A DNA stretch of 63,214 nucleotides, the filler included, from Octopus bimaculoides (taxonomy: Eukaryota): assembly GCF_001194135.2 (NCBI RefSeq). It is 6 parts of 5 records of this genome, joined end to end, with 100 filler letters (N's around TTAATTAATTAA, not from the genome) between each part and the next. Parts side by side here need not be neighbours in the genome. Positions count along the whole stretch, not along the records: positions 34,138 to 55,106 come from NC_068984.1; 5 more parts are not named here. One strand, written 5' to 3'. The notes beneath the pieces were generated by a model. The model did not search any database. It saw nothing but the letters and a program-made list of their open reading frames with translations, and was not told the DNA's origin. The translations under genes and the position numbers were made by a program. Below, piece after piece: positions 37,278 to 49,441 of this stretch (position 1 is its first letter; each line of letters begins with the position of its first letter).

Positions 37278-37540
37278 TGTAGTATATTGTGCTAAGCACG
37301 CTCACAGTTATTGGCTATCTGATGTCAAAAATCAGTGGTAGTGATTTACTTCAGGGATTCCTTGGTGTCGGTAGGGTTTATATAAATAAATCAGAGACAG
37401 AAAATAGAATTCATGAAATTCTTTATTCAAATCCACTTCAAATGTTTCGACTCACCTGCATTTGTACCTCACAGGTGAAATGTTGTAGAATCAATAGTCC
37501 TTCAACACAGGTGCAGATTGTGTCTCCTCATCAAAAGCAT
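37278..37540 (-). mobile_element. Terminal-repeat-like segment abutting gag (3' LTR remnant or Penelope-like pseudo-LTR)
   Basis: Minus strand has TGATGAG...GAAAC, then AATAAA (37421-37427), and ends ...TACTACA. There is no partner repeat in the window, so the class is unresolved. Confidence 0.4.
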
Positions 37541-37544
37541 TTTA

Positions 37545-38360
37545 GATTCTTAAAAGACAATTTCTTTTAAAATAAATTTCTCCACACCCATAACATGGTT
37601 TGGGTCTTGACTGTTGTTTTTCTTTTTTCACATCTGTTACCGATCGACATGTATGAATATTGGAATAATCTTTTTCAATTTTTTCTGTGTCCTGTCATAG
37701 ATCTATAATTCTTTGGCATTCTTCAACCTCTATTTGTAGGGTTAGTTTTGAATCTTGTCCAAGCTTCGTCAATATTCGAGCCCTTATCTCTGCATCTTTA
37801 TTTGCTGGTAATCCTTGTACGAAAATTAAACATTTAAATATGTCCGGGCTTAATTCGTCGAGTTTCAATTTTTCACATTCTCTATTTACGATTTCGGCAT
37901 ACGTGAGGAAATCTTTTTTCTTTTTTTATTTCAAATTCAAACTCTCCCAGTGAATATTAAATAGTGAACGTCTTTCACAGAATATTTTAGATAATAAATA
38001 GCTTAATTGTTTCCTCGAAACAAATTTCGAATGGTTTTCTCGGCAAGATGTAATTACAAAACTTGTCATGTTCTGCTAGTGATAATTTCCTTAAAAGAAG
38101 ACGTACCTTCTTTTCGTCCGTCCAGCTTTTACACCCATCCTTGAAAATTCCTTCATACCTTCTTGAAGTATGCAGAAAACGTAATCCCTTCTTCCGGATT
38201 ATACGTGAATTCTTCAGTTGAATTAGCAACCGCGTCTGCCGAAAACGAACCTGAAGTGTTTTTGACTGCAACAATAATTCCAACAACTGTTGATTTTGCT
38301 GCAGTTGTTGTTATTGTTGTACCTGTCCTTGCTGTTTCTGTTGTTCTGCTGCTGCTCAAA
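37545..38360 (-). mobile_element. Degenerate Gypsy-type (K02A2.6-like) LTR-retrotransposon gag
   Basis: Across frameshifts and stops: Q-rich N-terminus (QQLQQNQQLLELLLQSK), FSADAVANSTEEFTYNPEEGITFSAYF, RRYEGIFKDGCKSWTDEKKVRLLLRKLSLAEHDKFCNYILPRKP, DFLTYAEIVNRECEKLKLDELSPDIFKCLIFVQGLPANKDAEIRARILTKL, and a decayed knuckle KPCYGCGE. No pol or 5' LTR seen. Confidence 0.85.
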
Positions 38361-38414
38361 TGACCGAAATGGAATGGAAGAAAAAGTTCTAAGACAGGAG
38401 AGTGCAAGAGAAGG

Positions 38415-38444
38415 CGGTATGTGTGTGTATGTGCGTGCGTGTAG

Positions 38445-38515
<71 letters not shown>

Positions 38516-39400
38516 GATAGCACGTGTATGTACGTATGTGTGTGTGTGAGTGGTTGTGGCTGTTTATGCAAGTGTGTGGTTGGACTTAATGTCGTAGGAA
38601 GAATTTTAGTAAGAATTTTGGTAGGAGTGGCTGTCTGTTGTGTCTGTCTTCATATGTGCGTAGGAAAATGGTCAGAAGAAAGGTGTTTAACCGGTAGTTT
38701 GAAGTATGTGTAACTGCATGTATGCACATGTAGTGTGTATGTATTTTGTGTGCAGTGTGTGTCTGTGTGTGCGTGTCTGTCTGTCTGTCTGTCTCTATGT
38801 ATGTATGTGTGAATACGTGAGTGTATGTGTGTATGCATGAGGTTGTGTGTGGGGTTATGTTTGTGGTGTAAATGCACGTTGCTCTGTGTATGTGCATGTG
38901 TGTGTGTCCTCGTATGCATAATTTTGTGCGTGTATGTATGAGTGTGTGTTGTGTGTGTATGGGAGGTATGTGTGGGTTCATTTGCATGTGCGTGTGTGTG
39001 TATGTATGTGCGTGCGTGTGTATTTATGTGTGTACGTGTGAGTGTATGTGCGTGTGTACATGTGTGTGTATGTGTGTGTGCGTGTATGTATATATTGTGT
39101 GTGTATGTATATGTATGTGTATGTGAGTTTGTGTATGCGTAAGTGCGTAGTATTGTGTGTGGGGGCATATGTGCGTTCCTGTGTGTGTGCGCGTGCGTGT
39201 GCATATGTGCGTATGTGCGTGTATGTGCGCGTGTGTTTATGCCCATGTGTGGGGTGTATCTGTATGAGTGCCTGTTGTGTGTGTGGGAGGTATGTATGCG
39301 TACATGTCTGAGTGTGTGTATGTTAGTGTATATACGTGTGTATATGTGTGTGTGCGTGTGTGTATGTGCGTGTGTGGTGTGTGTGTGTATGTGCGTATGT
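38415..39400. repeat. About 1-kb degenerate (TG)-rich cryptic simple sequence
   Basis: Near-continuous alternating purine/pyrimidine TG/TA/CG with short interruptions. Confidence 0.9.
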
Positions 39401-39682
39401 GGTGAAACTCAAAGGAGATAAAGCTATAAATATATAAATAATCCTGAGTAAATATTTGATTTAAAAAGCCTTTTGGATAGAAAATGTCGAAGGCTGCCTT
39501 TGACCGTTGTCTATCCAAAACTTTTTAAACTCAATATTTACGTTAATATTTATAGCATTATTTGCTTTAAGATTCCCCGTTCAGAAAGAATCAACATTTC
39601 ATTTTCTCTCAAAGTTGATAAATTCTTTTGATATCAACAATATACATATATACTTCATGTTTGAATTGACTATGTATATATA

Positions 39683-39767
<85 letters not shown>

Positions 39768-40360
39768 GCATATGTATACATGTATATGAATACATATACA
39801 TTTATACATGTATACATTCATGCACATATACATACATACATGTATTAACTAGTTCACCATTTTGAATTTTCTCCCGTTGACATTTCTCCAGCAAAAAGTT
39901 GAAGAAAACACTTCTAAACACACACAGTTAGAACCAATAATTCATTCCGAGTTGAACTTGACAGTTTGTTGAGTCTCAGCCAGGCAAAGAGAAGTGGAAT
40001 TTCTCCTGTTTTTTTTTAATTTTTTAATTAGTGCTGAAGAAATTGCAGTTTTGTCTTTAATCTGATCTTCCGTATTTCAACATGGTTTTTCTGTCCATTT
40101 GTTAACGAGACAGGCATATATTATGCTCTATAATGGAATATTAGAGAGGAAAACTGCAATCACACCTGGATAGACCGATAATAAGTTTAACTTATTATCG
40201 TTTGTAACCTTTGACTAAATATTGATCCGCGATCATGCTAATATATTTCAATCCATCCAGCACTATAGTCGAGTCAATAGTCAGTAATGTTACTATGCTG
40301 CTAGTGGCCGGAGTTCTTTGTAATTATGCCAAAGTTGCTGAAAATGGATTGTAGGATTGT

Positions 40361-40709
40361 GGCACTCCGTCAGTTACGACGTCGAGGGTGCCAGTTGATC
40401 CGATCAACGGAACAGCCTGCTCGTGAAATTAACGTGCAAGTGGCTGAGCTCTCCACAGACACGAGTACCCTTAACGTAGTTCTCGGGGATATTCAGCGTT
40501 ACACAGAGTGTGACAAGGTATAAATATAGGTATAACAGAAACAGGAAGAAAGAGTCCAGCAGGGTTCGTCACCATCCTCTGCCGGAGCCTCGTGGAGCTT
40601 TAGGTGTTTTCGCTCAATAAACCCTCACAATGCCCGGTCTGGAGAATCGAAACCGCGATCCTGTGACCGCGAATCTCCTGCCCTAACCACTGGGCCATTG
40701 CGCTTCCAC
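40361..40709 (-). mobile_element. SINE with a family C 3' module but a different tRNA-derived head
   Basis: 40361-40519 matches 14222-14380; 40530-40709 is an unrelated head (GAAGCGCAATGGCCCAGTGGTTAGGG...GGTTTCGATTC). Confidence 0.85.
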
Positions 40710-40773
40710 GGAAGATTGTAAGCAGTCACAGAAAATGATAGCAAGACGGTTTCTTACTTTCCTTTGAAAATAC

Positions 40774-40982
40774 GGCGGCGAGCTGGCAGAATCGTTAGCA
40801 CGCCGGGCGAAATGCTTAGCGATATTTCTTTTCTCTTTACGTTCTGAGTTCAAATTCCGCCGAGGTCGACTTTCATCCTTTCGCGGTCGATAAATTAAGA
40901 ACCAGTTGCGTACTGGGGTCTATCTAATCGACCGGCCCCTTCCCCAAAATTTCGGGCCCTGTGCTTAGAGTAGAAAAAAAAT
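40774..40982 (+). mobile_element. SINE family B, full length (about 210 bp)
   Basis: GGCGGCGAGCTGGCAGAATCGTTAG head, B box GAGTTCAAATTCC (40846), TTTCATCCTTTCG.GGTCGATAAATTAAG central block, tail GTAGAAAA. Confidence 0.9.
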
Positions 40983-41721
40983 TCCTTGGAAAATACGAAA
41001 CTTCGGTATCGTCTTATATGGCGGATATAGTCTGACAAATTTCTTGTTATGCTGCACAGATATATCAAGCAAATGACATACAATTCTTCGTAAGAGTAGG
41101 ATTTAAAAAATTATGCAGAAGGTGACCGAGATTCAAATAGATTATTAATTATTTCTTATTTTAAAAAATCATGTCATCAGAAATTTCGTATGTCATGTCG
41201 CATTTTATGGAAGATTGATTATAATTTATATTTTCATTCAATAATGTATCTATTCATTGTTAGAAAAGCAGGAGCTCATCTTTATAGGAATCAGCAAATA
41301 AATTGTTTTTTGAAGCATGCCGATGTCCGCTAAACAGATAATTCATCGGTCCGGCGGAATAGCTTGCACTGAAATGACACAAAACACGTTCGAAACACAA
41401 CGGTGTCTCCTACTCACCTTAAATCCGTGAATTACGTACGTTATAAACACATGTCTTCTCAAAGGAGGAGGGATTAATGTTCACGAAAAGCCACAGTGAT
41501 CCGATATGTTCGAATATTAAGAATGAATAGTTACGTTATTGTTTGGAATTTCTCTCTTCTGCGTGTAGCTCATGATTAATAAACCTTTGTTGTTTCACAT
41601 TTAAATTTCTAGATATTGATAGAAAATCATGTTTACATAATGTTCTCTGTGAGAATCTAGAACTTCATTGGGATACATTATAATTCACACAAAATATATA
41701 AAGAATTTCACGTCTAGGGAA

Positions 41722-41941
41722 GGACATGACTAACTGGTAAGAGGCTTGCTTCCCAATCACATGGTTCGACGTTCAGTCCTACTGCCTGGTACCTTGATCA
41801 AATGTCTTCTCCAATACCTTCGACCAAAGCCTTTGTTTGGATTGGGTGATGGAAACTGAAAGAAGCATATCGTATATGTGTGTGTGTGTTTGTGTTTCTG
41901 TTTGTCCCCCCCCCCACCCACCGCTTGACAACTGGTATTAA
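41722..41941 (+). mobile_element. SINE family A, 5' half (runs into gap)
   Basis: CTTGCTTCCCAATCACATGGTTC..GTTCAGTCC, GGAAACTGAAAGAAGC, CGCTTGACAAC. Confidence 0.75.
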
Positions 41942-42749
41942 NNNNNNNNNNNNNNNNNNNNNNNNNNNNNNNNNNNNNNNNNNNNNNNNNNNNNNNNNNN
42001 NNNNNNNNNNNNNNNNNNNNNNNNNNNNNNNNNNNNNNNNNNNNNNNNNNNNNNNNNNNNNNNNNNNNNNNNNNNNNNNNNNNNNNNNNNNNNNNNNNNN
42101 NNNNNNNNNNNNNNNNNNNNNNNNNNNNNNNNNNNNNNNNNNNNNNNNNNNNNNNNNNNNNNNNNNNNNNNNNNNNNNNNNNNNNNNNNNNNNNNNNNNN
42201 NNNNNNNNNNNNNNNNNNNNNNNNNNNNNNNNNNNNNNNNNNNNNNNNNNNNNNNNNNNNNNNNNNNNNNNNNNNNNNNNNNNNNNNNNNNNNNNNNNNN
42301 NNNNNNNNNNNNNNNNNNNNNNNNNNNNNNNNNNNNNNNNNNNNNNNNNNNNNNNNNNNNNNNNNNNNNNNNNNNNNNNNNNNNNNNNNNNNNNNNNNNN
42401 NNNNNNNNNNNNNNNNNNNNNNNNNNNNNNNNNNNNNNNNNNNNNNNNNNNNNNNNNNNNNNNNNNNNNNNNNNNNNNNNNNNNNNNNNNNNNNNNNNNN
42501 NNNNNNNNNNNNNNNNNNNNNNNNNNNNNNNNNNNNNNNNNNNNNNNNNNNNNNNNNNNNNNNNNNNNNNNNNNNNNNNNNNNNNNNNNNNNNNNNNNNN
42601 NNNNNNNNNNNNNNNNNNNNNNNNNNNNNNNNNNNNNNNNNNNNNNNNNNNNNNNNNNNNNNNNNNNNNNNNNNNNNNNNNNNNNNNNNNNNTATGTATG
42701 TATGTATGTATGTATATATGTATGTATGTGTGTGTATACGTTTGTGTGT

Positions 42750-42946
42750 ATGTGTTTGTCCCCAACATGCTGGTGTATTTACGTCCCCGTAACTTAGCGG
42801 TTCGGCAAAAAAGAGCCCGACAGAATAAGTACTAGGCTTACAAAGAATAAGTCCTGGGGTCGATTTGCTCGACTTGAGGTGGTGCTCCAGCATGGCCGCA
42901 AGTCAAATGAGTGAAACAAGTAAAAGAGTAAAAGAGAAGAAAGAGT
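42750..42946 (+). mobile_element. SINE family A, 3' half
   Basis: TTACGTCCCCGTAACTTAGCGGTTCGGCAAAA...GCTCCAGCATGGCCGCA...GTAAAAGAG. Confidence 0.85.
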
Positions 42947-42977
42947 ATATATACAAATATATGCATACACACATTCA

Positions 42978-43031
<54 letters not shown>

Positions 43032-43485
43032 GACAGTCCATATATTTATGTAATCGAGTAAATAAGGGTTGTAACTGAGAAGGAACCCGCATCTCAACGG
43101 CTGGAGGACTGTAAACTACTTCACATATCCAACAGATGGCGACTGACTCATCCATGTAATACCACATGCGTTGCATCCGCGTGAGAAACTCAATAAAGAT
43201 GCTTACCAAAATATAACCCCTTATACTTTCTCTAGCAACCATCATAATAAAACATACAGGAAAATCTTTTTGAAGCAATCCATGTAAGAATGTATTATTA
43301 GCCCCACTTCGTTCTTACCTTTGCGTATATATATCTCTCTCCATCTCTCTCTGTCTCTCATTCTCTCTCTCTCTCTCTCCGTTTATCTATGTATGTATCT
43401 TTCTATCTGTCTGTCTATTTGTCTATCTATCTATTTCTCTGTCTCTCTCTGCTCTATCTATCAGTCTCTCAGACAGACGTCTGTC

Positions 43486-43572
<87 letters not shown>

Positions 43573-44129
43573 NNNNNNNNNNNNNNNNNNNNNNNNNNNN
43601 NNNNNNNNNNNNNNNNNNNNNNNNNNNNNNNNNNNNNNNNNNNNNNNNNNNNNNNNNNNNNNNNNNNNNNNNNNNNNNNNNNNNNNNNNNNNNNNNNNNN
43701 NNNNNNNNNNNNNNNNNNNNNNNNNNNNNNNNNNNNNNNNNNNNNNNNNNNNNNNNNNNNNNNNNNNNNNNNNNNNNNNNNNNNNNNNNNNNNNNNNNNN
43801 NNNNNNNNNNNNNNNNNNNNNNNNNNNNNNNNNNNNNNNNNNNNNNNNNNNNNNNNNNNNNNNNNNNNNNNNNNNNNNNNNNNNNNNNNNNNNNNNNNNN
43901 NNNNNNNNNNNNNNNNNNNNNNNNNNNNNNNNNNNNNNNNNNNNNNNNNNNNNNNNNNNNNNNNNNNNNNNNNNNNNNNNNNNNNNNNNNNNNNNNNNNN
44001 NNNNNNNNNNNNNNNNNNNNNNNNNNNNNNNNNNNNNNNNNNNNNNNNNNNNNNNNNNNNNNNNNNNNNNNNNNNNNNNNNNNNNNNNNNNNNNNNNNNN
44101 NNNNNNNNNNNNNNNNNNNNNNNNNNNNN

Positions 44130-44180
<51 letters not shown>

Positions 44181-44420
44181 AGGAGTAATAAATACAAAAA
44201 GAGACAGCGGAAGACACAGGGAAAACGGAGAGAGAGATATTGTTGCAAAGAAATAAATATAAAGTGGAGAAGAAAAGAAAGAGAGGTTCATATAAAAAGA
44301 CTGCAATAAAGAAATAGAGAAAAGGGAAAGTGAGAGTAAACGATAAGGAAAATGTGAAGAAAGGGTGAAAGAAAAGGGAAGAGAAAAGAAGAAAAATAGA
44401 AGAGAAAAATGCGTAAAAAG
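44130..44420. repeat. (GA)n and purine-rich tract
   Basis: Perfect (GA)n followed by about 240 nt of A/G-rich sequence. Confidence 0.85.
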
Positions 44421-45248
44421 ATGTAACTCGATCGATTGTAAAGATTATTTAGCCATTCTTTTTCTCAACGCTTAGACAACTTTTCATTTTATTTTACGTC
44501 GTGGAAAATTATTGGTTAGTGGACCAATTGAAAGTATTTACCTGTAGTTACCTCCCTTCCCTGTTTCTTGTTTCTATCGAAGAGTAAGGTCATAAAAGTC
44601 TCAAGAAACTATAATCTTCATTGACCATCGTCTGATCTTATTGTTTGGCGTCTCTGCCCGTCGCAACGACTATTATATTTATATTTAAGGAGGTTCTGAT
44701 TATGAATGGTGTGAATTCTATTCAAAAATTCACTAGATGTTGATTAAAATCTATCCCAATGAGCAAACCCATTCCATACCTTTAATGGAACTAGTGTGTG
44801 TGCGTGTGTGTTTTATTCTTGAAAATATTTCAATCATGTTCGATCCTTTATCAGTTATCCTGCACGTTTGCATTCATCATATCTATATGTAATTCATAAT
44901 AGGCTTAATAATAAGATGTTCAGACTATATTCATATTTGTTACCAGGTAGAGAAAAGGTATATAATTATATGCATATCGTACCCTAATGGAATAATTCAA
45001 TGCAATTGAATGCTCCCTGAGTTCTTAAGATATGTTTCCAATCAGAAACATTCACAATAGTGTTATAATGTCAGAAGAGCACCCATATAGAGATGTATTC
45101 AAATATAAATCTATCTTCCGTGTACGAGAAGATACGATATATTGTACATATTGATGCTATATCAATTCGTATTGTTACTTTATAATCTGTACGTAATAGA
45201 CCCGGAACGAAATCGTCTAATTCATGTTATTTGTATTAGATAACTTCT

Positions 45249-45284
<36 letters not shown>

Positions 45285-45289
45285 CAAAA

Positions 45290-45435
45290 GTAATGAGTAT
45301 ATGCATATATACGTACAGGTATGTGCATACCGACATCCACCTGTATGTATAGGTGCATATCTGGGTACAGGGCATTGCAAACAAACGTAGACGAGAACAC
45401 ACGAGCCACATAGAGAACAATCCATCTTGTATATA
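45290..45435 (-). mobile_element. 3' fragment of the same family as 47860-48035
   Basis: Direct sequence similarity; duplicated at about 46063-46208 by an assembly overlap. Confidence 0.5.
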
Positions 45436-46021
45436 AAGTTTATTTTTCAGCATANNNNNNNNNNNNNNNNNNNNNNNNNNNNNNNNNNNNNNNNNNNNNN
45501 NNNNNNNNNNNNNNNNNNNNNNNNNNNNNNNNNNNNNNNNNNNNNNNNNNNNNNNNNNNNNNNNNNNNNNNNNNNNNNNNNNNNNNNNNNNNNNNNNNNN
45601 NNNNNNNNNNNNNNNNNNNNNNNNNNNNNNNNNNNNNNNNNNNNNNNNNNNNNNNNNNNNNNNNNNNNNNNNNNNNNNNNNNNNNNNNNNNNNNNNNNNN
45701 NNNNNNNNNNNNNNNNNNNNNNNNNNNNNNNNNNNNNNNNNNNNNNNNNNNNNNNNNNNNNNNNNNNNNNNNNNNNNNNNNNNNNNNNNNNNNNNNNNNN
45801 NNNNNNNNNNNNNNNNNNNNNNNNNNNNNNNNNNNNNNNNNNNNNNNNNNNNNNNNNNNNNNNNNNNNNNNNNNNNNNNNNNNNNNNNNNNNNNNNNNNN
45901 NNNNNNNNNNNNNNNNNNNNNNNNNNNNNNNNNNNNNNNNNNNNNNNNNNNNNNNNNNNNNNNNNNNNNNNNNNNNNNNNNNNNNNNNNNNNNNNNNNNN
46001 NNNTTGTATTAGATAACTTCT

Positions 46022-46057
<36 letters not shown>

Positions 46058-46267
46058 CAAAAGTAATGAGTATATGCATATATACGTACAGGTATGTGCA
46101 TACCGACATCCACCTGTATGTATAGGTGCATATCTGGGTACAGGGCATTGCAAACAAACGTAGACGAGAACACACGAGCCACATAGAGAACAATCCATCT
46201 TGTATATAAAGTTTATTTTTCAGCATACAGGAATAGAAATGTTTTCTTTTGCCCTTATTTATAATTA

Positions 46268-46515
46268 TGTGTGTGTATGTGTGTGTGTCTGTTTGTGTGT
46301 TATTTGTGTCTGTATTTGTTCCCCCCACCATCGCTTGACAACCGATGTGCGTGTGTTTACGTCGCGGTCGCTTAGCGTTTCGGCAAAAAGAGACTGATAG
46401 AATAAGTACTAGGCTTAAAAAGAATAAATCCTGGGGCAGATTTGTTCGACTAAAGGTGGTGCTCCAGCATGGTCGCAGTCAAATGACTGAAAATAAAACA
46501 AAGAAATAAAAGAAT
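46268..46515 (+). mobile_element. SINE family A, 3' half
   Basis: CATCGCTTGACAACCGATG...GATAGAATAAGTACTAGGCTT...CAGTCAAATGACTGAAA. Confidence 0.85.
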
Positions 46516-47389
46516 ATATATATATATATATATACATATGCGAGAAGTTACGAAATAAACAACAGACGACGACAGGTGGTGTAAACAACAAAATGTATAT
46601 ATATATANNNNNNNNNNNNNNNNNNNNNNNNNNNNNNNNNNNNNNNNNNNNNNNNNNNNNNNNNNNNNNNNNNNNNNNNNNNNNNNNNNNNNNNNNNNNN
46701 NNNNNNNNNNNNNNNNNNNNNNNNNNNNNNNNNNNNNNNNNNNNNNNNNNNNNNNNNNNNNNNNNNNNNNNNNNNNNNNNNNNNNNNNNNNNNNNNNNNN
46801 NNNNNNNNNNNNNNNNNNNNNNNNNNNNNNNNNNNNNNNNNNNNNNNNNNNNNNNNNNNNNNNNNNNNNNNNNNNNNNNNNNNNNNNNNNNNNNNNNNNN
46901 NNNNNNNNNNNNNNNNNNNNNNNNNNNNNNNNNNNNNNNNNNNNNNNNNNNNNNNNNNNNNNNNNNNNNNNNNNNNNNNNNNNNNNNNNNNNNNNNNNNN
47001 NNNNNNNNNNNNNNNNNNNNNNNNNNNNNNNNNNNNNNNNNNNNNNNNNNNNNNNNNNNNNNATATATATAATATAAATAGATAGATATAGATATGTAGA
47101 TATATACATATATACGTACCTCTCATCCTCTCTAATTCCTTTATCTCTCCCCTTCACCGTTTTCTATCTGTCTCTCTCTCCCCCTCTTTCTCCTTTCCTC
47201 TCTCTCGTTGCTCATACATCGCCATCGACCATCTTTCTTTTACTCACGTGATCATCTTTATTTTCTTTCAGGGCTATCCTAGAGGCTGGACGTAGCCTAT
47301 CTCTCTCTCTCTTCTATCACATATTATTTGTATTACATGATCGAACGCACGCGTCATCCCTGCAAGTAAGTTTTCAACTTTATATTTCT

Positions 47390-48035
47390 GATGCGACTCT
47401 ACCTATCTTTGTATCTTTCTCCCCCTCTCGTTCTTCCTTCTCTTGTTCTTCGCCTCTCTCGTCCACTATTATATCTCTCTCTCTCTCTTCACCCCTGTCT
47501 CTCGTTGTTCACCTATATTCTACTTCCCCCCCTTTTCTCCCTCTACTACACTTTCTCCTTACCCCTCGCTGATCACATGTGTCCGGCTTCTGCCTCCTTT
47601 CTAATCTTGGCTACTGCCAAGCCAGCACGAACTTCTTCTCTCTCCCTTCCAGTTCGTCTCATCACAGCGTTCAGTATACATATATCTTTTTACGTCTGGC
47701 CCTACTAGTCCTTCTTGCTTATTTTCCCTGTTTCGATTTCCTGTCATGTTTTCTGTTCGCCACGATATTCCTCTGCACTACAAATTTAATTTCTTTCCAC
47801 GGGAAGAGCCATTCTAACAATGCGTCCTGCTCTAACTCTCCGAAACGCATAGTTTCAGAATAGTGGCAGCTGATGAAGGAAATGTTCACTATGTGGCCTG
47901 TATATTTTCTGCACTCTGTTTATGTTCTGTTTTTCATTTTGTCCACGTTTTTAATGACGTCCTCTACCCAGATATGCATCTATATATACATGTAGATGTA
48001 GGTATGTACATACATGTACGTATATATGCATATAC
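47390..48035 (+). mobile_element. Pyrimidine-rich repeat with GAAAC...CTGATGA motif (probable PLE-associated terminal repeat)
   Basis: The 3' part (CTATGTGGC...TACCCAGATATGCA...GTACGTATATATGCATATAC) is homologous to the minus strand of 45290-45435, so it is an interspersed family. The 5' boundary is uncertain. Confidence 0.45.
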
Positions 48036-48060
48036 TCACATATTATTTGTATTATTACAT

Positions 48061-48093
<33 letters not shown>

Positions 48094-48096
<3 letters not shown>

Positions 48097-48442
48097 TCTT
48101 TTATTCTTTTATTTGTTTCCATTATTTGAATGCGGCCATGCTGGAGCACCGCCTTTAGTCGAGCAAATCGACGCCAGAACTTATTCTATCGGTCTGTTTT
48201 GCCGAACCGCTGCGTTACGGGAACGTGAACACACCAGCATCGGTTGTCAAACGATGTTGACGGGACAAACACAGACACACAAACATATACATACATATAT
48301 ATATGACAGACTTCTTTCAGTTTCCGTCTACCAAATTCACTCACAAGGCTTTGGCCGGCCCGAGGCTATAAAATAGAAGACACTTGCCCCGGAACCATAT
48401 GGTTGTTAAACAAGCTTCTTACCACACAGCCACTCCTGCGCC
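48094..48442 (-). mobile_element. SINE family A, full length, with an internal deletion of about 26 nt removing the B box
   Basis: Intact 5' end (GGCGCAGGAGTGGCTGTGTGGTAAG on minus) and tail. The junction CACTTGCCCCGGAACC lacks the segment present at 11577-11602. Confidence 0.85.
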
Positions 48443-49239
48443 TATATATTAATATATCTTATATAATATATATGTATATATATATATATATNNNNNNNNN
48501 NNNNNNNNNNNNNNNNNNNNNNNNNNNNNNNNNNNNNNNNNNNNNNNNNNNNNNNNNNNNNNNNNNNNNNNNNNNNNNNNNNNNNNNNNNNNNNNNNNNN
48601 NNNNNNNNNNNNNNNNNNNNNNNNNNNNNNNNNNNNNNNNNNNNNNNNNNNNNNNNNNNNNNNNNNNNNNNNNNNNNNNNNNNNNNNNNNNNNNNNNNNN
48701 NNNNNNNNNNNNNNNNNNNNNNNNNNNNNNNNNNNNNNNNNNNNNNNNNNNNNNNNNNNNNNNNNNNNNNNNNNNNNNNNNNNNNNNNNNNNNNNNNNNN
48801 NNNNNNNNNNNNNNNNNNNNNNNNNNNNNNNNNNNNNNNNNNNNNNNNNNNNNNNNNNNNNNNNNNNNNNNNNNNNNNNNNNNNNNNNNNNNNNNNNNNN
48901 NNNNNNNNNNNNNNNNNNNNNNNNNNNNNNNNNNNNNNNNNNNNNNNNNNNNNNNNNNNNNNNNNNNNNNNNNNNNNNNNNNNNNNNNNNNNNNNNNNNN
49001 NNNNNNNNNNNNNNNNNNNNNNNNNNNNNNNNNNNNNNNNNNNNNNNNNNNNNNNNNNNNNNNNNNNNNNNNNNNNNNNNNNNNNNNNNNNNNNNNNNNN
49101 NNNNNNNNNNNNNNNNNNNNNNNNNNNNNNNNNNNNNNNNNNNNNNNNNNNNNNNNNNNNNNNNNNNNNNNNNNNNNNNNNNNNNNNNNNNNNNNNNNNN
49201 NNNNNNNNNNNNNNNNNNNNNNNNNNNNNNNNNNNNNNN

Positions 49240-49282
<43 letters not shown>

Positions 49283-49384
49283 GTATGTATAGATACACAA
49301 CACACACGCACATATATATAGAGAGAGATAGGGTGAGAGATAGGGAGAGAGAAAGAGTTAAATTGCGTGTGTATNNNNNNNNNN

Positions 49385-49441
<57 letters not shown>

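Noticed and set aside
45231-46227. 224-bp direct repeat (45231-45454 and 46004-46227)
   Set aside because: Apparently identical copies end and begin exactly at a 549-N gap; an unmerged contig overlap.
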